Shown here: piece by piece, positions 12,916 through 26,412 of the stretch | Numbering within the stretch: the first letter of the stretch is position 1 | Layout: every line of letters begins with the position of its first letter | NCBI GenBank assembly: GCA_951406725.2 | Contig: OX597843.1 | Location: forward strand, 20,832,001-20,896,000 | Source: Octopus vulgaris | Taxonomy: Eukaryota | Length of the DNA: 64,000 nucleotides | Direction of reading: 5' to 3' | The notes under the pieces: generated by a model | What the model was told of the DNA's origin: nothing | Database searches by the model: none | What the model saw: the letters and a program-made list of their open reading frames with translations, nothing else | Program-made: the position numbers and the translations under genes

Positions 12916-13869
12916 ACTTCATAAATTCCACTTCAATCCGTACACTTCGGTAAATTTCTTATTTAATTTTGCAACGTTTTGTGTTTTCTTTTTGTTGTTG
13001 TTGAAGGAATTACTGATAATTGCAAGTTTATAATTTTCTGACAGGAGTAACTTCAAACATTTCACTTAAACCCACGCACATAGTTAATTTCCCTAAAAAT
13101 TTCTTATTTACTTTTGCGCCGGTTTTTTGTTTGTCTGTTGTTAATGGCTTTTTTCTGGTTCCTTCGATACTGGCTTTTTGGTTCACTAAGTGACAAATTT
13201 CGCTTCAACCCGTACGATTCTTTATTCTCCGGAAAACTACCTTGTTAATGTTCTGCTCGTCGTATTAAGAAATATAATTTTCGTTACCCAGTTATTTTCA
13301 TTGTTTACTATCTTCTACGCCCGTGTATTTCTGTATAACCATGCCTAGAAGGAAGGTGTCAAATTTGTCCACAATGTCAAGATAAAGCCAAAAGAATGTC
13401 TCTGTCCAGGGAAAGAGAGACAGCTGCAGAAAGGAAGCATACCAAGAAAGGAACAGACTGGGCACTACGAAAAAAACAGAGCATCTCAAAGTGATGAACA
13501 GAGGTATGCACGGCTGACAAGGAATAAGATCTCCACTGCAGAGAGACAAGGAATAAGATCTCCACTAATTATATTTATATTTGAGTATTTATATCTGAGT
13601 ATTCTTTTTCCTCCCCTCCCTATTTTCTTTCTTCTTTCTCTTCTACTACTTTCTTTTCCCTCTAAGCAGTTATGAAAGCGAAAGCTCATTACGTCACTTT
13701 ATCTAAAGAGGAACGCAAGACTTCCTCGTTCATATTTGAATCTTTTGCATGTCTGCAGTCTTATTTGTATTTTATTCGTTCCCCAACTAGATGGCAATAT
13801 AACAACATGCCAGATGACACTCAAAATCTTTAGTCACACACAACTTTATCGATGTGTCTGATGGGATCC

Positions 13870-14780
13870 AGACTACTAACAAACGCGAAGCTTTACAAAG
13901 CAACCAAAAAACCAACGGTGGAAAAATGTGGACGCCCAAACTGTGGAACCTGCCCCAACCTGCTTGAAGGCTCGGACTTCCTTTTCAAACAAGGACAGAG
14001 GTTCACAATTAAAACTAGTTTCACTTGTGCATCTGAGAACCTAATTCATGTAATAACCTGCTCGGGTTGGAGTCACCACTATATTGGACAAACGAGTATG
14101 ACCTTGAGAAAGAGAACCACTCTAAATTAAGGGCAAATCCGTTTCCCGGAATACAGACCAATTCCTTTCAGTGAACATATAGAATCTTGTGCAGGTAACA
14201 TCAAACCAAATTTCACACTCTTCCCTTTTTACCAGTGCAATAACGCAATCTCTCAACTAGAGCATTTAAATAAAGAAACTTTTTTCATTGAAAAATACAA
14301 TAAAACGCCTTAATATCCACACATAACCAACTGTTATCATTTTTATATATTTCAATTCACGATTACATCACTGTACATAAATCCCCTACTAAACAAGGTT
14401 TTTGAAACTTGTCTGTCTGTACTCCTATATAATCCGCACCCATTACCGAAAGTTGAACCGTTATCTCCCTTACCCACAACAATAACATGAAAAACGACAA
14501 CCAATAACCGCCCTTTATTTATCCACTTGTGAAGTCATTCACCCGTGAATTTCATCAAACACAACATGGACAAAATTTCTTTCTAAGAAAAAATATATTT
14601 TCAAATAAGTAAAATATGATATCATGAATAGCGATATCGAAACCGGTCAATATATTAAAAATTATATTAAAACTATGTAAGTGTGCGTATTTTCCTTTTT
14701 TAATTTCTTATATACATGACAACTCACCACGTGGGGATAATCGAAATTCCTCTTTTCTGTTACTACAACTACTGCTACAT
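13870..14780 (+). mobile_element. Penelope-like element (Neptune-type) GIY-YIG and 3' region, copy A
   Basis: CGRPNCGTCP...FTCASENLIHVITCSG..HYIGQT..LRKR...EH; ends at (TA)n. Confidence 0.85.
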
Positions 14781-15969
14781 ATATACATATATGTATATAT
14801 ATATAGGATATGAGAGGTAATGTTGTCAAGGAGACCCAAATGTGTCAGTTAAAGCTGAGTAAGTGCTATGGACATGCAAAATGAGGAGTCCAACGTAGGT
14901 CATATTTTTACATCTATATGTATAAAATTACAGAAGGAAATAAAAATGCAAGGCTGTGAAACATTTAAGAACATTTCTAAAGAGAAGAAGTTACAGCTGT
15001 TTCCGGGATATTTATGTATCTCTTTATCGGAGACGTTGCGAGAAGATTGTTAAGCTATAGGTATTCTAGAATAACTATTGCTTAACCATTTTCGCATACT
15101 GTCTTCGATGAAAGAATATATAAGATATACCTGGAGCAGCTGAAAGTCCTCTCTATAAATGTTCTGAAATCTTTCAAAGCCTTGGACTTTTATCTGATTC
15201 ATTTATATATATCTTCTCTATATATAAAACTGAAATGCGTTTTTACCGCTTGGATCGCTTTCAATGCCACTACGACCCGTCCGATTCGCTCCAAAATGTA
15301 CAGGGACATGTAGAATGAGGTGACGATGCTCGTGGGCTACCTTAGAAATCCCTATCTTAAAAGGTGTGGTTGCTAGGGGCCATCTTCGTCACTCACGCTA
15401 TTTCCTCCTTTCCCTCTCTTACTCCCCTTCATCCATAACGTTGACAATGTCCACTCCCGTTATTTAACGTATTGCCCTCAACTCCCTTTCATTTTCCCAT
15501 TATAAGATCGTCAGACGGGTTTCTTTGATGTATCTGTCGGCATTCATAGGGAGAATTATCATCGCTACAAACGCCACACAATCATGAGAACAAATATTAT
15601 GAATCAGATATTCATTGCGTTCATTTATATATGTGTGCGTGTGTGTGTGTGTTCGATATGTAAATATGTATATATAATGCATATATACAAAGTGTATATA
15701 TCTGTATTTATGTATATTACACTTTTTAATACTTTTTGATAGTTATATATATATTTTAAACAAATTATAAATATAATTTAATAATTTTTATTTTAAATTT
15801 AAATAATTTAAATTTTTAATTTTATATATTTTCTATATTATATTTTTCTTTTTATGTTTTTTTTTGTTTTGCCTATTAGTGGTTTTATCTCTAATTTAAT
15901 TTATACATATATATATATAATTTGTATATATAATGCGTGCACACCCACACACACACACACATATATATA

Positions 15970-16816
15970 CTAGCAGAATTACCCGGCGTTGCTCGGGGCT
16001 GAATTGCTTGAAAGTACTCTTAATGATTGCACTGAATTATGATGATTATTCAGGCAAATATTGATATAAGTTTAGGCTGGGAGATAAAGACTTAACGATC
16101 AAACGTGTGCCATTGCATTGTTTTGGGGGAGCCAAATTTCTGATGAGTATTATAGGGGCACCGACTTTAAGTTTGAGAATGTGTTGTGTTAGTCCGGGGT
16201 GCTCAAAGGAATTGAGTACCTCTATTGGATAGTTGATGACGTCCTCTGGGTCAGGAGTTGTATTGATAGACTGATATACATAGACTTCCCCAGGAATGAG
16301 TTTTAGCATTTCATCATTAATATGGTGAACAGTTTTATTCCTCGGGGCCAGTATAGCCTTTTGGCCAATCCAATCCATATTCTGATAATTAGCTTGTAGA
16401 TCTTGGAACACTGCATCTCTGAGATCAGAAGGCGTCTTAACAATGGTACAAATGGAATCGATGGCAATATTACCATTTTCATCCCCTGGTATTTTGCCTT
16501 CGCCAAGTGCAATGAGGGTGTGAGGAAATGCTGCTGATGTGATATTACGTCGCATATGAGCACGCATATTGGTGTGAAGTTTGAGAGTTACTTCCCTTTA
16601 TTAAAGAAAATATGCATTAAAATGGGAGAAAATGATGGTAAATTATTTGTAAAATCGTAGACTCATCGTAGACGTGCGCTAATACCCAGAAGGGCTCGAT
16701 ATGAATCACGACTATAAGATACTCGGTTTTGGTTAAACTGCATCGCAAAATGTGGGAGTAGTTAGGAATCTAAATCGGAGTAGACAGACACACAACCTTT
16801 CTTTTATATATAAAGA
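15970..16816 (-). mobile_element. Non-autonomous Helitron with intact termini carrying a PIF1 helicase fragment
   Basis: On the minus strand: 5' TC at 16816, 3' hairpin CCCGAGCAACGCCGGG then CTAG ending at 15970, inserted between A and T. ORF 16046-16567 has AILAPRN and LKLKVGAPIILIRNL..CNGTRL. Confidence 0.92.
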
Positions 16817-16821
16817 TTTTC

Positions 16822-17315
16822 GTCCGTCCTAAAAAACTTTGTGCGGAGTGAATGGTTACCTCTATGGAAATATATACACACACATTATACATACAAGTGT
16901 GTATAGATGAATATATAAATACATTTAAATATCTATATACAATTTTGGGCGATCTTTCTGCTACTTGGATTGACTTTAGATCTTATATTCGTCCAATTCG
17001 TCCTAAATAACTTTGTATGGAGTGAATGGTTACCTCTATGGAAATATATACACACACATTATACATACATGTGTGTGTCTATTTACACTTTTGGGCGACT
17101 GCTACTAAGAGATAACTTTAGATGTTATTTTCGTCCTAAAAAAACTTTGTGCGGAGTGAATGGTTACCTCTATGGAAATATATACACATACATTATACAT
17201 ACATGTGTGTATAGATGAATATATAAATACATTTAAATATCTATATACACTTTTGGGCGATGTTTCTGCTACTTGGATATACTTTAGCTCTTATATTCGT
17301 CCTAAAAAACTTTCC
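16822..17315. repeat. Tandem repeat, ~130-175 bp unit, ~3 copies
   Basis: CGTCCTAAAAAACTTTGTGCGGAGTGAATGGTTACCTCTATGGAAATATATACAC recurs at ~16825, ~16999 and ~17132, with a partial copy at ~17298. Confidence 0.9.
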
Positions 17316-17804
17316 TGTCACACACTCACACACACGCACACACACACACACAGTCGCACCCTCACACACACACACTCACACACACACACTCACACACACG
17401 CACACACACACATGTTAGCTTACAATTTTGTTTATATATTTGCGTGTCTATGTGTGTAAATAGGGAGTGGGAATGCAGAGTGAAGAGCTTTCACTTTAAT
17501 CGTTGCACACTTGCAAAGAGAATGGAGGAGAAATTAGGGTGATAGCGTCAGTGAATCAGATCGCTCCGTTTGTGTGTGTGTGTGTGTGCTAAGAAAAGCA
17601 CTTGACTTACACACCACAATGTGAGTTTTCTGTAAGTTTTGCATAATTGGGGTTGAAATTTGAAAAACTGGACCTGGCATGACCCGATTTATTCTACTCT
17701 TAAAAATGCTAGGTAAATTGTAATTGAAGAAATCCTATATTGTAGATTTCTATAAGAGACAAAGGTAGGCAGATAAAATCTGCCTTTTATAATAAGAGAT
17801 ATAT

Positions 17805-18430
17805 CATCATCATCGTTTAACGTCCCTTTTCCGCGTTAGCACGGGTTGGACGGTTTGACCGGGGTCTGGGAAGCCATGGGCTGCACCAGGCTCCAGTCTG
17901 ATCTGGCAGTGTTTCTACGGCTGGATGCCCTTCCTAACGCCAACCACTCTGCGAGTGTAGTGGGTGCTTTTTACGTGCCACCTGCACAGGTACCGGGGGG
18001 CTCGCATCGGCCACGATCGGTTGGTGGTTTTAACGGGCCACCGGCACGGAAGCCAGCCAGCGCGATGCTGGCATCGGTCACGTTCGGATGGTGCTTTTTA
18101 TGTGCCACCGGCACAGAAGACAGTCGAGGCGGCGCTGGCATCGGCCACGTTCGGATGGTGCTTTTTATGTGCCACCGGCACAGGTATCACAACTACTATT
18201 TCCATTGATATTTATTTCGATGTTCATGTTCATGTACTTGACTCAACAGGTCTCCTCAAGCACAGCGGGGTGTTCTGGAATCCAAGGTACTTTCAATGGC
18301 CAGGGGCTATGCGGAACTGGTGCAGGAAGCAGCCCGGGTTTTTGCAGTCACAGCATATCTCTTGAGATCTCGGTCCTTCGCCATTGCCTCAGTGAGGCCC
18401 CTGTGCATTATGTGGTCGGTCGGTTCAGCT
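17805..18430 (-). mobile_element. RTE-type LINE 3' end with (GAT)n tail and internal short repeats
   Basis: Minus strand GTTGGCGTTAGGAAGGGCATCCAGCC...GGACGTTAAACGATGATG, with coding remnant GLTEAMAKDRDL. Second copy at 20302-20590. Confidence 0.7.
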
Positions 18431-18451
18431 GAAAATATGCACACCTATGAA

Positions 18452-19534
18452 CTCTTTCGTTACTATATTACTGACCAAAATACACCCCTTATGTGTTTCA
18501 ATTAATTTCTAACGTAATCATAAATTTAGTCTGGTTTCATTAAACAACTATAACTTTTTTATTTATCAATATATTAATCTGATTTTTGGAAGATAATTTA
18601 ATGAAATGTTCTCAACCAATTCTATACTATAATTTTTGTCACAAAGTGACACTAATTGCAGGTAGATACAGGTAAATTCAACAAAATATAAAATTATTAA
18701 AATTTTGTTCAAACATCGCTATAGAAAATGGGTTATTAGCTAATATTCAATTGGGTATACAACAAAATTTTACGATAGATTTTCTTATTCTGGGTAACTT
18801 TCTGATACCCATAATAATATTTATGGCAAAATAGTCTTAATTTCATTTAAGGTTGTGGGAAACCACTAACCATCCTTTCTTTCGCTTTGTTTACATTTAG
18901 CGTAACGGTTCGTTTCCGCCGTAATGATTTCAAATAGGCTCATTCGAAAAAGTAAGAAATAGTCTAAGGCTTTACTCTCCTGGGAAAGTCTGTGGCTTGG
19001 TCCAGTTTCTTAAGAAAAATCACCGAAAGGAATAGTTTTTCAATTTTCACTCCATTCAGGTGCCAATTCCTTTTCTTTATCGCTGTCGGAGCTCTCGGAT
19101 TCACTGTTTTCACTTTCGGAAAATGAAACATCAGATTCATTATCAAATACCACCTGCTTTTTCTTTTCAGTCATAGAGTTAGATTAATCAAGGTCTTCAG
19201 TGGAAAATCCTTCGAATTCTGACTCGCTGCTTGATATGATGAAATTCGTATCCATTTATTGTCAGAATTACAAATTTTGAAAACACAATAGGAACAAATT
19301 TCGGAAAAAATCTCCCAAAATTCACGGAATTAAAATTACACTTCGATCGTTGTACAAAAGTGTATATGAACTGTTTACGAAGTATAATCACGTGTTTTCA
19401 CGAATGTACTAAAGAGATTTGCTCTGATATTCTCATTTAAATATGAATAAGTAAATACGGGCGGGTTTGGTCGGTTTGGTCACATTAAACAAATTTTTTT
19501 TCGGGCGGCTTTGGCCGGTTTGGTAACGAAAGGG
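18452..19534. mobile_element. piggyBac-like non-autonomous element (MITE)
   Basis: TIRs CTCTTTCGTTAC / GTAACGAAAGGG, flanked by TGAA (decayed TTAA) and TTAA. Confidence 0.6.
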
Positions 19535-20301
19535 TTAAAAATGCTGGCAAGTTTGCATGACAACTATTTTTTTTACTCAAATGAAAGGCGTCACCTCTAT
19601 GACAAAATTCCTCATCCGATAAAATGTGGCCCCATTTGACCCGAATGAAATCGGGTTATATTAACCAAAATGTGAAAAGGGGTATAAATAGGGCTGGAAG
19701 GGGATTAAAATTTCAAGGAGCGAGTGTTTAGGAATTCTCTGTTACATCAAGCTAAGAAATTTGCGCCAGCCTTTTAATCTTCAATGTGTTGCCGTCCATG
19801 ATAATGAAGTTTTGAATGCTTACCATGGTGAGTCGACTGTCGTGACAAAGAATCACTTCAAAACTTTGGTGTTTACGAATTTTCTTTTACATCAAGTTCA
19901 AAATTTTACGCCAGCCGTTAAACTGCCAATACGTTGCTGTCCGTCGTTAAGAAATGCCAGTCATGGTGACTCTACTATCCTCACATTCTATCCCTTCAAA
20001 CTTTGCTTTCCAATATTTTATTATTTTTATTCAGCTCGCAAGTTCGTCTGTCCCTTTTAAATGTTAGCGTTTTGCTGTCTGCCTTCAAGCAGACCTTTCC
20101 GTTGCCACTGCCTCATATTTATGATTGATCTTTCTAAATATTTTATTTCTCAACTTACTCAAGATCTTTTGATGTTTATAAATGGGAGAGAGAGAGAGAT
20201 AAAGATAGAGAGTAAGAGAAAGCGAGGGAGAGTCCGAGAGAAAAGAAAAGTAAGAGAGTGGGAAAGTAAGAGAGAAAAGGAGAGAGAAACAAAGAGGGAG
20301 A

Positions 20302-20590
20302 ATCATCATCATCATCATCATCGTTTAACGTCCGTTTCCCGTGCTAGCACGGGTTGGACGGTGTGACTGGGGTCTGGGACGCCAGGGGCTGCACCAGGCT
20401 CCAGTCTGATCTGGCAGTGTTTCTACAGGTGGATGACCTTCCTAACGCCAACCACTCTGTGAGTGTAGTGGGTCCTTTTTTCGTGCCGCCGGCACAGGTG
20501 CCAGGGGGGCTCGCAGCGGCAACGATCGGTTGGTGCTTTTTACGTGCCACCGGCACAAAAGCAAGTCAAGTCATGGTGCTTTTTACGTGC
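20302..20590 (-). mobile_element. RTE-type LINE 3' end (second copy)
   Basis: Matches 17805-18100; (CAT)n on + strand. Confidence 0.7.
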
Positions 20591-20657
20591 TGAAAGGAAG
20601 CAACAGAAAGTAACAACCACACTCTTACCCGCGCGTAGAGCGGGTCACCTTCAGCTA

Positions 20658-20723
<66 letters not shown>

Positions 20724-20844
20724 ATATATGCATATAATTCTTATGCACATAGGTATACACACAATAACGCACAAAAATACGCACTCATTCTTACATCCAC
20801 GCACGCAGACATAATGGCACACACACAGACACACCTATATATAT

Positions 20845-21094
20845 ATTATTATGCGTGGTGCGCAGTTGACTGAGAGGTCAGCAAAACCCTTTGTAACATC
20901 AAAGATAAACTGAATACATTTAATCCTTTTTGAACTTCTGTGATTTCCTCATTTCCTTTACTTTTGAAGATCGTAGGCTCGAAACGTAAAGCCCTTTCAC
21001 ACTTTTCGGAGTGTCAAACTAATACACACCTTTTTCATATATCTGTGTTCGTCTTTTATTTTTCTGTAAACTTCAACTATGTATATACATGTGT

Positions 21095-21178
<84 letters not shown>

Positions 21179-21206
21179 GTAGATAGATAGATAGATAGAT
21201 GGATAG

Positions 21207-21237
<31 letters not shown>

Positions 21238-21718
21238 GATAAATAGATAGATAGTTAGATATAAATACAGTGTACATTTGAACACATAAGATGTACCCGT
21301 CATAGGATTTCCTGCACGCCAGAAGGAACAGCTAAAATCCAAACCGCAATTAGGGATAATCATCGAAGGGAATGAAAATTATAAAACACTTACTCTATCT
21401 CCTAGACAACGGATTCAGACATTTTTTTAGCAAATAAAATTATTTGCTAGGCGAAGTCCTCATCAGCAGGTACGCCTAGATTAAAACATATAAGTATGAG
21501 GCAATCCAACAACGCCTCTTATGTGATACCTCTTATGTGTTTAGATATGTTTAAATGTGTTTAAACACATAAGACGAATACGTCTTATGTGTTTAAATGT
21601 ACGCTACATTTATATAATTAATATATAGGCTATTGACAATTTTTTTTACACGTTAGGCGACTGGTAGTAAAAATTCTAAGCTTTTTATTACCCTGTTATT
21701 GTTAATTATTGATAGATA
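20845..21718 (+). repeat. Distal part of copy A (paralog of 57345-57418 joined to 62376-63030)
   Basis: TATTATGCGTGG...AAACTGAATACA matches 57345-57418 and is followed directly by TTTAATCCTTTTT..., which matches 62376 onward through CCCTGTTATTGTTAATTAT. Confidence 0.9.
21095..21260. repeat. (GATA)n microsatellite
   Basis: Direct reading. Confidence 0.95.
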
Positions 21719-23258
21719 GGGACGGCATAGTTGCTTGACAGCAACGCGAAACTCGCGGTGCCATTCGTGCTTTCTCGGCCTCTTTTTGATCCACGACTGC
21801 AGTTCGGTCATGGAGACGAGTTGCGGGAAAGCGTGCCTCACAAACGGCGACCACACCTGTTCACCGTCGTCTACGTAGAGCCTGAGATATCGTAATCTCA
21901 GAGCGTATCTGCGCATCATCAACCACGGCATGCCCAGTCCTTATTTTAACGGGTGTTGACAGCAAATGTATCGCCTGACCATCGGGACGCATCCTTTCCA
22001 CAAGAAACGAAAGAGAATGCGGGACAAGGTACGACGGTCAGGCGGTAGTAGATGACGTACGTGATGTACGAGTTCGCCACCTCCGCCCGACCTTTTAGGG
22101 ACAGTTTCCTCTCGGCCCATTGCCGGGCGACAGTGACCACCCTACTCAATATCTCGTTCCATTTCTTCTCCACTGGAGGTCCGCACCAAACCAGACCCTG
22201 AGAAACTCGAACGGACCGTCGGTCCAGCGTCCCACGACGGAGGCGCTGGTGGACTGCATGGGCTTGCTTCTCCAGGTGCCGAGTTGCAAGCCCACTGATT
22301 TTTCCCGGTTGATTTTCGCTCCTGTCACCGCTTCGTCGCCTTTCAGTGTCTCGCCGACATGCTCTATGTGCTCGTGGCTAGACACTATGACGTATGCAGA
22401 CACGCTCGTCACGAATCCCAATTCTCGTGGGATGACCCTCATAGTTGGCAGCTTCCGTAATAATGGCTCGAGAATCAATGCCTACGGAAGCGACGAGAGG
22501 GGGCATCCCTGACGGACATAACGTGCAATGTCGAAAGGTCTCTATAGAAGTCCATTTACGCGAATTACCGTACGGATGCCTGTGTACAAAGCGGCTATCC
22601 AGCTGCGGAAGACGGGAGCGAAACCAACCGCTCTGAGGACAGCCTCCAAGTATCGATGGTCTACCCTATGGAAAGCTTTCGCTTGATCCAAATTGATCTG
22701 CGCCCCACCCGTGCCAGATTCCTTAACTACCCTGTCTATGATGTAGCGCATCAGGTGGCGGTCGTCATGGATGCTCCGGCCCGGCACGGCGCACGTTTGC
22801 GCCTTGTCGACCAGTTTCTCAATGACAAGCGCCAACCTCTTCGTTAACACCTTGGCCAAGATTTTCAAGTCTGCATTAAGCAGAGTGATGGGCCTAAAGT
22901 TATCTATTACATTCCCCTTGTTTAGATCTTTCTTCAGCAGTGCTACGTCTCCTCGGATCACAAAACCAGGAATGCTCCCGTTTTTCTGCCAGTTGCAGTA
23001 CTCCGCTGTCAAGACGTCTCCAAACTAGTCATGTCCCTCGAGCATTCTGCCATCGCGTCCTGCACTTCCGCAGCTGTGATGGCACCTTCGTTGCGCCCTG
23101 CCACTCTTGTCGAGAGTCGTGGTACGCTGTGTAGGTTGGCACTGAAGTCCACCATACGTTCTTACCCGCCACTCGTCCCGAACAGTCGGGCAAAATGCTG
23201 TTGGAAGTCCACACACATTTTACTAGGCTCGAGCAATTCGCGCCACTGTTCATCTACT
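21719..23258 (-). mobile_element. L1/Tx1-clade LINE ORF2 (RT) fragment
   Basis: NFRPITLLNADLKILAKVL, QTCAVPGRSIHD, LDQAKAFHRVDH, RQGCPS(L), RKLSLKGRAEVAN; frameshifted. Confidence 0.9.
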
Positions 23259-25469
23259 AGAGAAAGAATTTGAAAATCATCACCAGAATCAGTGCAGGAG
23301 TGGCTGTGTGGTAAGTAGCTTGCTTACCTCATTGTGCATGTGCGAATCGGAGTTGTGTTTGATACTGAAGCAGTAAAGACGTGCTTTTGAAGCCGTCTTA
23401 AATGGAAGAGTTTTGAAACACAGTTATAAGTTAAGACATTTTTTTGGGGTCTAGTGGGGGCATGCTGTCTGCCGCAATTATTTTTTGCAAACAAGAAGTC
23501 CTCGGGGTTTCGCCCCTGTGCTTTAGCGCGGATAATTGAAGCTATAGAAGAGTACCACTCTATTAAATAATTTTGTTGAATTCAAATGTGGAATCCATTT
23601 TTTAGGATTACGTCTAGATTTCAAGATACCCAAACCCTCAATTTTCACTATTTTCCTCATATTTCAGGGAAATATATTGGGAAATGTAGTACGAATGTCT
23701 ATTATGGTTTATCGATTATTTTATTAAAGGTCTGGTGTAAAGATCGGGTAATGAACGCAGCGAGCATTAGTCCCAGGGTATTTTAATGTGAATAAACAGG
23801 CTTTAGTTCAGCCGGAGAAAATCATCCAACATCCACTTCTTATCAAGGCAGATTGCAAATAAATACGATGCTGGGCTATTGAGCTTCAGCACTAATGAAA
23901 ACCATTCAAACACAAATTCATGAAAAAATAGGCATGAACAATAATGTAAACTGTCTAGAAATTTAGAGATATTTGCTAGCTTTTCAGTAGAAGTTAAAAA
24001 AATCCTAGCTTTGAAGACAATGCAATTTCTATGTATATTAGTACGTTCTTCATAAGCTGGTTTATTCGAAAACAAATCAAAGACATTCTGTGGATCCAGT
24101 ATCTTACAATTCTGATGTGATCGTATTAAATTGATGTCCGTTTCGGATTCTGTGTGTCAAAAGACTCCCAGTTCGTCTCCAGTTATTTCGTTCGCCTGAC
24201 TATATTTCCAAAGTATTGTGTTGAATAAAGTTCAAATTTTTTATACACCAAGAACGGGGATTTATAATTTCATACCATTGAATTCTGACAGATTTCATAT
24301 TTTCTTTCGAATAGGAGTAAAGCAGGCTTGAAACCGATTCACAGGATGACCAAGTCTAGAGGGAAGGAGAAAAGATGGTATTCTTCAACTGAAGAATGTT
24401 TAAGACAATATGGACTTCACTAAAGGCACTTAAAATTACTAGGTGGCGGTTTTGAACAGATATGTGGTTTAAGACTACCATTGAAATAGGCCATTAGAGA
24501 CAGAGAAAGGATACAGCAAAGCCGTGGATATGGTGTTGAAACACGGCCATTTGTAATGGGCTGAAGATTAGACAAGTGTCCCTCACAATCTTATTTGAAA
24601 ACTTAACCTTCGCTGAGCATTATTAGCAGTGAAGATATTTCTTGGCGAAAGTAGATCCTTTGCATAGCTAGTACGGTATCTTAAAGTCCAATCCTTCTTT
24701 TTGCAGCCATAACTTCAGACCATTTACAATGCTCAAATGAAACACGCGATGAAGAAATCTTTCTACACCTGGAAGGGTGATACACATCCGGGATTGCATC
24801 GAAAGAAGGGTGACGTGGCTAAATTTTACTCTATCCCTAATAGACATACTCTAACAGCTATCTCGCAGGCAGGATATCTCTTCTCTTTGTTTTGCCACTG
24901 TCACTGTCATGCTACAGATTCTTGTAGGAGTTGGCTGAGCTCTTGACCCCACCAAGCAGGTACTACCGACCCACTCGTCTATTCCTTTGCTCCTCGATCT
25001 TAAACCTCAGTTCATTTTTAGTATTAACCTCTGTGCTAAACACTTCAACCCCTTCATCATTCCTGTAAATGTTGGACTGTAGCAGCTTAAACGGAACGTC
25101 CATGGTATCTATCTCAGATTTCATTCAATTCGCGGTTGAATTATGAAAGATGAAAGTATCTAACTAATTAAACGGAACGTTGATTTTGCTATTCCACATC
25201 TTCAGATTTACGAGGTTTAAAGAATAACATTAACAAAACATTGCTATTTGCTTTACATTAGGATTTCTCAAATGGTTAAAATGTTCCAAATTTGTTGACA
25301 AATGGGACTGATCGAATGAATCGATCCACTTTAGTATTTGAATATTTGATTAAAACTTGAAGTGATTAATGCTGTGATGCAAGCCATTTAATTGGAAATA
25401 ATCGCCTAGAACATAAATTAGTTCTTATGATTTTCATGAGCATCTAATAATAATTCTGCTTATTCCTCC

Positions 25470-26000
25470 GTCAGTAGGAATCAGCAGAATTCTTATTAGA
25501 TAATAATAGCGCATCTGTAACACTTTTACAAGATGAATTGAAGGGAAATGCGAAGAGCGAGAGAAAAGAGGGAGTAGAGGGAAAAAGCGGGTAAGGTGAA
25601 GAGCGAGAGAAAAACAGGCAGAGAGAAAAGGAGGGAGAGAAAAAGAGAGTAAGAGAAGCGTCTATGACGTGTGGTAGGGGGAACGTAATAGTTATTACGT
25701 GGTTAAAAATGTTAGTTGAAGGTAGTGATATAGAGGAGAGTGAGAAACAGAATTGTAGCAGAGGATCGATGTTCTGATGGTGAGATTAAAGAAAGGCAGA
25801 GAAAGAGAGAGAGAGAGAGAGAAAGAGATGATGATGATGATGATGATGAATGTGTTTGTGGTGTTAGTGGTGGAGGTGGAGGTTGCGTTGGTGAGTGTGT
25901 GTGAAGAGTGTAATGTTTTTAATTGATATATTCTTTTAATACCACCTATTACTTAAAGCATGCGCATAAGTGCAATCGTCTGCTCGCTTGAAGAATGTTA
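25470..26000 (+). repeat. Older paralog of the Helitron-upstream purine-rich region (6290-6890 / 43370-43975)
   Basis: Shared GTGGTAGGGGGAACGTAAT..TTATTACGTG, TTGAAGGTAGTGATAT and GATGTTCTGATGGTGAGATTAAA. Confidence 0.75.
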
Positions 26001-26189
26001 TTTGTTTATAAACCAAAGATGAGAGACGATGTAAGCGAACAACAGAAAGAATGAAACCAAATGGGCAATGGCGCCATGAGAAGCAGAGGGTCTTATCCAG
26101 AAGGACGGAAGGTGTTTTAAAACGACAATTATGTAGAATATACAGAGAAGAGAAGAGACATATACTCTTTTACACTTTTATATATATAT

Positions 26190-26191
26190 AC

Positions 26192-26238
<47 letters not shown>

Positions 26239-26412
26239 TGTGTGTGTGTGTATGTGTGTGTGTGAGTTTGTGTGTCTGTGTGTGTCTCCTCAGCATCGCC
26301 TGACAACCAATGCTGGTGTGTGTACGTTCATGTAACTTGGCGGTTCGGCAAAAGAAACCGATAGAATAAGTACTAGGCTTACAAAGAATAAGTCCTGGGG
26401 TCGATTTGATCG
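26190..26412 (+). mobile_element. SINE 3' portion (family of 1343-1750)
   Basis: (TG)n followed by CCGATAGAATAAGTACTAGGCTTACAAAGAATAAGTCCTGGGGTCGATTTG. Confidence 0.8.

Noticed and set aside
14615-14655. GAUAUC..GAUAUC-GAAA-CCGG-UC in the PLE 3' region (also ~54815-54850)
   Set aside because: The CUGANGA box is absent; probably a dead pLTR hammerhead, so not called.
16046-16567. Host PIF1 helicase gene
   Set aside because: Partial domain lying wholly inside Helitron termini.
16822-18190. Regularly recurring motifs as a possible CRISPR array
   Set aside because: Whole units repeat with no unique spacers, there are no cas genes, and the context is eukaryotic. These are a minisatellite and internal RTE 3' repeats.
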